Positions 55,705-64,000 of a stretch of DNA of 64,000 bases are shown in pieces; the stretch's first letter is position 1; each line of letters opens with the position of its first letter. Where the stretch lies: the NCBI GenBank assembly GCA_030431515.1, contig JAUIIX010000004.1, positions 47,810-111,809 on the forward strand, written 5' to 3'. Origin of the DNA: a bacterium. Its GTDB lineage: Bacteria; Bacteroidota; Ignavibacteria; Kapaibacteriales; UBA2268. Position numbers and translations under genes: made by a program. The notes beneath the pieces are model-generated. The model was not told the DNA's origin. It was given only the letters and a program-made list of their open reading frames with translations, and did not search any database.

Positions 55705-55987
55705 AAAACAACAAATAAAATTTAAAAAGCAATTAACGTATTATAAATAAAATACTTGTAAATTGTTAAAAATTTGAGAAATTATATAATCTTAAACCCA
55801 TTTAAACCATAAATTCTGTGACTCTGATTATAATTAAAAAATTCAATATAATAATCAAATGAACTTCTTAATTTTATAAAAATAAAATGTGCAAAAACTT
55901 ATTTTATAAATTTAATAATATAAAAGTATGGTATTCGTCTATAATTATTCTTAAACACATTTTATCTTTTTATTTATTGGAGAATTT

Positions 55988-56311
55988 ATGGCTCAACCAA
56001 TTCACTTAGCAGACGCAACTTTCGAACAGGAAGTATTGAAATCAGATTTACCAGTTTTAATCGACTTTTGGGCAGCATGGTGCGGTCCTTGTAGAATGAT
56101 TGCTCCGGTAATTGACGAACTTGCTAATGACTATGACGGCAAAGCTAAAATCTGTAAATTAGATGTTGATAATAATCAACAGACAGCAATGCAATTTGGT
56201 ATTCGTTCTATCCCTACTATTTTGATTTTCAAAGGTGGAGAAGTTGTAGATACTATCGTTGGTGCTGTTCCTAAAGAGCAAATCTTAAACAAATTAAAAA
56301 GCCATATTTAA
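55988..56311 (+). CDS. trxA: thioredoxin
   Basis: 107 aa. VLIDFWAAWCGPCRMIAP and FGIRSIPTILIFKGGE. GGAG lies upstream. Confidence 0.93.
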   Translation: MAQPIHLADATFEQEVLKSDLPVLIDFWAAWCGPCRMIAPVIDELANDYDGKAKICKLDVDNNQQTAMQFGIRSIPTILIFKGGEVVDTIVGAVPKEQILNKLKSHI

Positions 56312-56314
56312 TAT

Positions 56315-57918
<1,604 letters not shown>

Positions 57919-57939
57919 TTTCAATTGAAATTTCAAGAC

Positions 57940-57972
57940 AAAAAAAACTCCTCAAATTGAGGAGTTTTTTTT
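57940..57972. terminator. bidirectional rho-independent terminator between eno and the ECF sigma gene
   Basis: An A-run, the stem ACTCCTC / GAGGAGT (57947-57953 with 57959-57965), then a T-run. It can function on both strands. Confidence 0.8.
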
Positions 57973-58582
57973 AATGATTTAAGTATCTTATTAATTCTTT
58001 TTGGTCAACAAGTGCATCATATAAAATTCTTCTAGCTCTAAATAAATGAGCTTTAACAGTTCCGAGAGGAATATCTAATTTCTCAGATATTTCTTTATAG
58101 TCTAATTCATCTCTGTGTCGCATTTGGATTATAACTCTATAATTCTCAGGTAAATCCTTAATTGCTTTATTTAAAATCTTCTTTCTTTCTTTGCTTATCA
58201 TCTGTACATCAGGAGTTAAATCTTCTGACGGAACATCAATGTATAAATCATCTTCCCCACCTATTGGTTGGTCTAATGAGATAGTTTTGAATCTCTTTTT
58301 TCTAAGAAAATCAATGCAACTATTAGATGCAATACGATATAACCACGCAGAGAAATTATACGCAAATTGAAAAGTCTCCAAAGCATTATATGCTTTGATG
58401 AATGCTTCTTGCGTCAAATCATCAACATCATCAGGATCTTTAATCATTCTACGGACTAAAGATTTGATTCTGGTTTTATATTTATTTTGTAAGAATGTAA
58501 AAGCTGATTTATCACCATCTAAGATTTTTCTTATAGCGTCAAAGTCTTCTTCATTCGATTGATTTCTATTCTTTTCAGACAT
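57971..58582 (-). CDS. ECF-type sigma-70 family RNA polymerase sigma factor
   Basis: Region 2: DDLTQEAFIKAY...FSAWLYRIASNSCIDFLRKK. Region 4: YKEISEKLDIPLGTVKAHLFRARR. Confidence 0.85.
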   Translation of the reverse strand: MSEKNRNQSNEEDFDAIRKILDGDKSAFTFLQNKYKTRIKSLVRRMIKDPDDVDDLTQEAFIKAYNALETFQFAYNFSAWLYRIASNSCIDFLRKKRFKTISLDQPIGGEDDLYIDVPSEDLTPDVQMISKERKKILNKAIKDLPENYRVIIQMRHRDELDYKEISEKLDIPLGTVKAHLFRARRILYDALVDQKELIRYLNH

Positions 58583-58611
58583 TAATATAAACTAATTTCT
58601 TAATTTTTGTT

Positions 58612-60342
58612 TTATACAATTGGCAATTTAATCAAAAATTTCGTACCAACATCAATTTTACTTTCAACTTTAATTGTACCTTTATGATTCAGGATAATAT
58701 GTTTTACAATTGAAAGCCCTAATCCTGTACCACCTTCTTTTCTAGTTCTTGCTTTATTAACAAGATAGAAGCGTTCAAAAATTCTATCAACATCATTTTC
58801 AGGGATTCCTATACCTGTATCTTCTATAGAAATGTTAATATATTCTTTTGAACTTTTAATATTAATTGAAATTTTTCCTTCGTCAGTATATTTAATTCCA
58901 TTGTCAATTAAATTAATAAATACTTGTTCTAATTTGAAAATATCAGCTTTTATTTTCAAATTTTTGTCATCGGAATTTATTTCAAATCTTAGATTTTTAT
59001 CATTTAATTTTTGTTCAAATATTTTAGAAACATTTTCAATAAACTTATAAATATTAAACTCACTATAAATTAATCTTATATTTTCATCTTCAACTTCAGA
59101 CAACATTAATAAATCTTGAACTAAATCAATCAATCTATTAGTATGACGAGTTATAATTTTCATATACTTTACTGCTAATTCATTGCCTTCAACTTCAGAT
59201 TGCATAGTCTCTAAAAAGCCCTTAATCGCTGTAAGTGGTGTACGTAATTCATGTGAAATATTAATAGCAAAGTCTTTTTTAATTTGCTCTAATTTTTTAA
59301 TTTCTGTTATATCATGAAATAAAATAACCACTTCATTTTTACTTTCTATATAATTAGAAGAAGTCAAAAAATATTGGTCATTAACTTGTATTTCTTTTGT
59401 AATGCTTTTCTTATTTTTTAAAGTGTCTTTAAAAAGATTCCTAAACGATTTCTCTTTAATAACTTTTTTGTATTTTCTACCTTCAACTAGCTCAGTTTCA
59501 ATTATTCTATTAAACATTTCATTAGCAAGTAATATTCTCCCCTCAGAATCTAAAGAAACCAATCCCTCTTCAATCGAAGTGATAATTGTATTTAATTCTT
59601 CTTTTTGAGAAATAACTTGCTCGAATAAATCTTTTAATTTATTAGTCATTAAATTAAAATTACGAGCAAGAGTAGCAATTTCGTCTTTTGATTTTACCTT
59701 TACTTTGATATCAAAATCACCAGCAGCAACATTGGAAGCAGCAATTGACAATTGATTTATAGGTTTTGTTAAATTTCTTGTAAAATATAAAACACCAACT
59801 AAAGTAATAATTATTACAAGTAATGACAGCTCTATCATATATATTAATAAAGAACTTAATAATTCATCAAAATCACTTGCAAAATAACTAACTCTAGATA
59901 TTCCAAAAATTGATTCATTTATTTTAATAGGTAAAGCTAAATAAATCATTTCTTTTTGAACAGTATTAGAATATCTTACAGATTTGCCAATTTCCCCATT
60001 TAATGCTTTTAATATTTCTGGACGGTTTTTGTGATTATCCATTGTTTCAGGATTTGACTCTGAATCACCAATAACTCTTCCATTCATATCTACTACAGTT
60101 ATACGAATATTGATTTCTTTACCAATTGCTTTAGTTAAAGAATCAATCTTATCAACTTTATTATCTATAATATAATCTTTTAATTTGAATTGAAATGTAT
60201 TATTTAGTGATGTTAGGTTATTAACTAATGTTTGTTGATAATCAGATTTGATTATTCGAAAGGAAAAAACTACAATTAAACTTGTTAAAAATAAAATAAC
60301 AAGTAAATGACTTAAAAATATTTTAGAGGATAATCTTTTCAA
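58612..60342 (-). CDS. sensor histidine kinase (periplasmic domain-HAMP-PAS-HisKA-HATPase; PhoR-like architecture)
   Basis: Two TM segments. H-box SHELRTPLTAIKGF, N-box LIDNGIKYT, G-boxes EDTGIGI and GGTGLGLSIVK. Apparent TTG start immediately after the response-regulator stop. Confidence 0.88.
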   Translation of the reverse strand: MKRLSSKIFLSHLLVILFLTSLIVVFSFRIIKSDYQQTLVNNLTSLNNTFQFKLKDYIIDNKVDKIDSLTKAIGKEINIRITVVDMNGRVIGDSESNPETMDNHKNRPEILKALNGEIGKSVRYSNTVQKEMIYLALPIKINESIFGISRVSYFASDFDELLSSLLIYMIELSLLVIIITLVGVLYFTRNLTKPINQLSIAASNVAAGDFDIKVKVKSKDEIATLARNFNLMTNKLKDLFEQVISQKEELNTIITSIEEGLVSLDSEGRILLANEMFNRIIETELVEGRKYKKVIKEKSFRNLFKDTLKNKKSITKEIQVNDQYFLTSSNYIESKNEVVILFHDITEIKKLEQIKKDFAINISHELRTPLTAIKGFLETMQSEVEGNELAVKYMKIITRHTNRLIDLVQDLLMLSEVEDENIRLIYSEFNIYKFIENVSKIFEQKLNDKNLRFEINSDDKNLKIKADIFKLEQVFINLIDNGIKYTDEGKISINIKSSKEYINISIEDTGIGIPENDVDRIFERFYLVNKARTRKEGGTGLGLSIVKHIILNHKGTIKVESKIDVGTKFLIKLPIV

Positions 60343-61074
60343 TTAATCCTCTAACTTATAACCGACACCTCTAATGTTCTTAATCATTCTGCCAGAAGTT
60401 CCTAATTTTTCTCTAAGGTTTTTAATATGTACATCGACTGTTCTATCTAAAACACCTTTATCAATAGCACCAAGCATATCTAATATTTGCTCTCTTGAAT
60501 ATACCCAACCCTTTTTATCAGATAGAAGTTTTAAAATTTTAAATTCTGAAGATGTTAAATCAACTTTTCTTTTATCAACATATACTTCATACTTTTGTAA
60601 ATCAACTTCTACATTATTTCCAATCTTAAATTTTGAGGTAGATACTTCTTTGATTTCTCTTCTTAATATCGCTTTTACCCTTGCTACCAACTCTCTTGGA
60701 GAAAATGGCTTAGTAACATAATCATCAGCACCTAATTCAAGACCTAAAATTTTCTCCATTTCTGTTCCTCTTGCAGTTAGCATAATCACAGGAATTGAAG
60801 AATAATTATTATCAGATTTTAAATATTTACATATTTCAAAACCATCAGAATCAGGTAACATAACATCAAGAATAATAAGTTCTGGTAAATTTACTTTCAT
60901 TTCAGCAAAAAAACTTTCACCATTTTCAAATTGTTTAGTTGTAAATCCAGATTTACTTAAGTTTAGAGCAACTAATTCTGAAATATCTGGTTCATCATCA
61001 ACAACAAAAACCAATTTACCCGATTGTGGGTAAATTGGTGGTGTATTTAAATCATCAAATGTATTTTTTGACAT
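60343..61074 (-). CDS. OmpR/PhoB-family response regulator
   Basis: Receiver domain: VVDDEPDI...ILDVMLPD...LTAR...DDYVTKPF. Winged helix: LTSSEFKILKLL...VDVHIKNLREKL...IRGVGYKL. Confidence 0.9.
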   Translation of the reverse strand: MSKNTFDDLNTPPIYPQSGKLVFVVDDEPDISELVALNLSKSGFTTKQFENGESFFAEMKVNLPELIILDVMLPDSDGFEICKYLKSDNNYSSIPVIMLTARGTEMEKILGLELGADDYVTKPFSPRELVARVKAILRREIKEVSTSKFKIGNNVEVDLQKYEVYVDKRKVDLTSSEFKILKLLSDKKGWVYSREQILDMLGAIDKGVLDRTVDVHIKNLREKLGTSGRMIKNIRGVGYKLED

Positions 61075-61097
61075 TATAACTTCTTATTTTATTAAAA

Positions 61098-63080
61098 TTA
61101 AATATCTAAATTCTTAACATACTTAGCATTTTTCTCAATGAATGCTCTTCTCGGTTCTACTTTATCACCCATTAAAGTTTGAAATACTTTAGTTGCTTTA
61201 ACTGCATCTTCTATATTCACTTGTAATAATGTTCTTGTTTCTGGGTTCATAGTAGTATCCCATAATTGCTCAGGGTTCATCTCTCCAAGACCTTTAAATC
61301 TTGAAATAGTAATTCCGCCAACTTTTGTTTGCCCATCAGCATCAATTGCAACAGCAGCATTTTTAACTTTGCTTTCTTTTAACATTCTTTCAATTATTTC
61401 TTGTCTTTCATCTTCATTATAAGCGTATAACTCTAACTTACCTTTTTTCAATTTGTAAAGAGGTGGTTGAGCTATAAATAAATTACCATTTATAATTAAA
61501 TTTCTGAAATATCTAAAGAATAAAGTTAAAAGTAAAGTTCTAATGTGAGATCCATCGACATCGGCATCCGCCATTAAAATTATTTTACCATATCTTAAAT
61601 TTTCTAATTTATAATCTTCTGAATCTTCTTGTTGACCAAAACCAACACCTAAAGCGGTGATAATTGCTCTTATCTCGTCATTATCAAGTACTTTAGTGAA
61701 TTTTGCTTTATGCACATTCAAAATCTTACCTTTCAATGGTAAAATTGCTTGAAATCTTCTGTCTCTACCTTGCTTAGCAGAGCCTCCAGCAGAATCTCCC
61801 TCGACTATATAAATTTCGGTATCTTCTGGAGTTTTCAAAGTACAATCAGCTAATTTACCTGGTAATGTAGAAGACTCTAAAGCATTTTTACGTCTAACTA
61901 ATTCACGAGATTTCTTAGCCGCTTCTCTTGCTTCAGCAGCAGTAAATGCTTTTTCAATAATACGTTTAGCAACTGCTGGGTTTTCATCTAAAAATATATT
62001 TAATTTATCTGCAACTACAGTTCTAACAATACCTTCAGTATCACTATTTCCAAGTTTTGTTTTAGTTTGACCTTCGAATAATGGCTCTCCAACTTTAACA
62101 GAAATTACTGCAGTAAGACCTTCTCTAAAGTCATCACCAGTTATTTTAATCTTTTCTTTTGATAATTTTGGATCATTGGAAGCATAAGTATTCAAAGTTC
62201 TCGTTAAAGCAGTTCTAAACCCAGAAACGTGAGTACCACCTTCAACAGTATTAATATTATTTACATAAGAAACAACATTTTCACTATAACCAGCATTATA
62301 AGCAAAACATACATCAACAGCAGTAATACTTTCATCACTAGCAACACCATCGCCTGACATTACTACAGGAGAAACAATATGAATATCATCTTCATCCATA
62401 TAATTAACAAAGTCTTTTAAACCACCATCAAAGTGGAAGATTTCTTCATTTTCATCTCTTTCATCTTTAAAATTAATTGTAATAGAAGGATTTAAGAATG
62501 CTAATTCTCTTAGTCTATCAGATGTTCTTTCAAATTTGAAAGTTGTAACTTTGAAAATTGTTTCGTCAGGATAAAATCTAACCGTAGTACCTGTTTCAGT
62601 AGATTCACCAATTTCTTTAACTTCAGCGATTGGTTTACCTTCTTTATACTCTTGTTTATATGTTTTACCACCCCTTTTAACAGTTACAATAGTTTTAGAA
62701 GATAGTGCATTAACACAAGAAACCCCAACACCATGAAGACCACCTGAAACTTTATAAGTATCTTTATCAAATTTACCACCTGCGTGAAGAGTACACATAA
62801 CTACTTCTAAAGTAGAAATCTTTTTAACAGGGTGAGGACCGACAGGTATTCCACGCCCATCATCACTAACTGAACACGAACCATCTTCATGAAAAACAAC
62901 ATTTATAATAGAAGCGTGACCAGCCAATGCCTCATCAATAGAGTTATCTACAACTTCATTAATCAAGTGATGAAGACCTCTTTCTCCTGTATCACCAATA
63001 TACATCGCAGGTCTTTTTCTAACTGCTTCTAAGCCCTCTAAAACTTTAATATTCGATTCTGAATAATTATTTTCAGCCAT
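61098..63080 (-). CDS. gyrB: DNA gyrase subunit B
   Basis: GLEAVRKRPAMYIGDT, HHLINEVVDNSIDEA, GGLHGVGVSCVNALS, EGDSAGGSAKQGRDR, PLKGKILNV and RFKGLGEM. Confidence 0.95.
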   Translation of the reverse strand: MAENNYSESNIKVLEGLEAVRKRPAMYIGDTGERGLHHLINEVVDNSIDEALAGHASIINVVFHEDGSCSVSDDGRGIPVGPHPVKKISTLEVVMCTLHAGGKFDKDTYKVSGGLHGVGVSCVNALSSKTIVTVKRGGKTYKQEYKEGKPIAEVKEIGESTETGTTVRFYPDETIFKVTTFKFERTSDRLRELAFLNPSITINFKDERDENEEIFHFDGGLKDFVNYMDEDDIHIVSPVVMSGDGVASDESITAVDVCFAYNAGYSENVVSYVNNINTVEGGTHVSGFRTALTRTLNTYASNDPKLSKEKIKITGDDFREGLTAVISVKVGEPLFEGQTKTKLGNSDTEGIVRTVVADKLNIFLDENPAVAKRIIEKAFTAAEAREAAKKSRELVRRKNALESSTLPGKLADCTLKTPEDTEIYIVEGDSAGGSAKQGRDRRFQAILPLKGKILNVHKAKFTKVLDNDEIRAIITALGVGFGQQEDSEDYKLENLRYGKIILMADADVDGSHIRTLLLTLFFRYFRNLIINGNLFIAQPPLYKLKKGKLELYAYNEDERQEIIERMLKESKVKNAAVAIDADGQTKVGGITISRFKGLGEMNPEQLWDTTMNPETRTLLQVNIEDAVKATKVFQTLMGDKVEPRRAFIEKNAKYVKNLDI

Positions 63081-63083
63081 TTT

Positions 63084-63374
63084 TTATACCATTTCTATAG
63101 ATTTTACAATAGTTTTCCCGAAAAATTCATTTATTTTTTCAATAAAATCATTTCTACGGATATTAATTTCATATCTCCAAGAAGATGAATCGCAATTAAT
63201 TAGAAGCAATCCAGACTTCAAGGATAAAATTTCAATTTCATTTTTTAAATTTGAAGAGAAAATATAAGACATATTCTTTTTAATTCTTTCACAATAAATT
63301 GATTCATCAAAATCAAATTTAATTATAACATCATCAAGAATATTCTTTAAGTGATTTGATTGACCTAAACTCAT
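63084..63374 (-). CDS. DUF721 (DciA-like) domain protein
   Basis: 96 aa immediately upstream of gyrB, the usual genomic context. ...EILSLKSGLLLINCDSSSWRYEINIRRNDFIEKINEFFG fits the pattern L.v.v.ssawa.eL......i...ln. Confidence 0.6.
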   Translation of the reverse strand: MSLGQSNHLKNILDDVIIKFDFDESIYCERIKKNMSYIFSSNLKNEIEILSLKSGLLLINCDSSSWRYEINIRRNDFIEKINEFFGKTIVKSIEMV

Positions 63375-63377
63375 AGT

Positions 63378-64000
63378 TTATGCATTATCTTTTAACATTT
63401 CAAACATCTTATCAATTGCCATTTTTGTGTTATTATATACATCAGTAATACTTGCATCCATCATATAACATGGAGCAGATATAACTAAATTATCTTCATC
63501 AACACAAATTTCATTTATCGAACACATTTCAGCAATTGCACCAGCTTTATTCATCGCTTCGCTAATTTCAGCAATGTCATAGGGAGAACTATCTTCAGTC
63601 GTTCCTACAGATAGTTTTAAAGATAAACCAAGCCCTTCAAATGCTTTAGCAATTACTGTTGGTCCCATACAAAGTCCAACAACTGGCTTCCCCTCTGCAA
63701 CCATATCAATAATTAATTTTCTAACTTCAGAGTTAATATCTCCATCAGGACCTTCAAAAGCCCACTTCGTTAAATTCTTAGCAGCACCAAAGCCACCAGG
63801 AATAACTAATCCATCTAACAAAGATATTTTTGCTGTAGCCACATCACTAATATTACCACGAGCAATTCTTGCTGATTCAACTAATACATTTCTTGTCTCA
63901 CCAGTTTCTTCACCAGTCTTATGATTTATCACATGATGTTGATTAATATTAGGTGCATAACACACATAATCACCACCATTTTGCTCAATAGCTAATAAAA
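63378..64000 (-). CDS. elbB: DJ-1/PfpI-fold isoprenoid biosynthesis glyoxalase ElbB-like protein; 5' end outside the window
   Basis: The track ORF begins at an internal GTG (63965). The frame stays open to base 64000 (..LLAIEQNGGDYVCYAPNINQ...). TRNVLVESARIARGNI...DGLVIPGGFGAAKNL...KPVVGLCMGP parallels E. coli ElbB (from memory). Confidence 0.75.
   Translation of the reverse strand, partial: LLAIEQNGGDYVCYAPNINQHHVINHKTGEETGETRNVLVESARIARGNISDVATAKISLLDGLVIPGGFGAAKNLTKWAFEGPDGDINSEVRKLIIDMVAEGKPVVGLCMGPTVIAKAFEGLGLSLKLSVGTTEDSSPYDIAEISEAMNKAGAIAEMCSINEICVDEDNLVISAPCYMMDASITDVYNNTKMAIDKMFEMLKDNA

Noticed and set aside
51300-55987. Prophage or integrative element interpretation of the R-M-containing block
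   Set aside because: There is no integrase, transposase, phage structural gene, tRNA/tmRNA attachment site or flanking direct repeat visible. Only the R-M pair itself looks mobile.

Overview
This is a strongly AT-rich bacterial chromosomal segment, densely coding on both strands. I see no rRNA, tRNA, CRISPR array, integrase or transposase.

Housekeeping genes I recognise:
- tmRNA (ssrA), B12-dependent methionine synthase (metH, lacking the homocysteine module), waaA, panB
- a DEAD-box helicase, glyQS, nuoJ and nuoK, trxA, eno, gyrB
- an ABC-F ATPase and a POT peptide transporter

Other content:
- One flagellar type III export and basal-body block: fliP-fliQ-fliF-fliG-fliH-fliI.
- A HhaI/HinP1I-like type II restriction-modification pair sitting inside a co-directional five-gene block.
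- At least four, probably five, secreted proteins with type IX secretion (T9SS) C-terminal sorting tails. These include a 1550-aa vWA protein and a tandem paralog pair.
- A two-component system plus an ECF sigma factor, co-directional with gyrB.

Flagellar genes, T9SS cargo, Shine-Dalgarno-like GGAG sites and low GC together suggest an FCB-superphylum organism such as an Ignavibacteria-like lineage. That assignment is inference only.

The supplied ORF track misses two genes truncated by the window edges: a GNAT/nitrilase fusion at 1-1487 (minus strand) and elbB at 63378-64000 (minus strand).

I found no single clearly novel system. The observations most worth a second look are:
- an operon encoding an aromatic/Arg-rich and Ser/Arg-rich disordered lipoprotein with two outer-membrane barrels
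- the tandem T9SS paralogs whose termini are nearly identical at nucleotide level while the bodies have diverged
- two short interspersed repeat families concentrated in unusually long non-coding leaders
- the non-canonical flagellar gene order that stops at an R-M-containing block
- an isolated nuoJ-nuoK pair

All family calls come from reading the translations. No database search was run.
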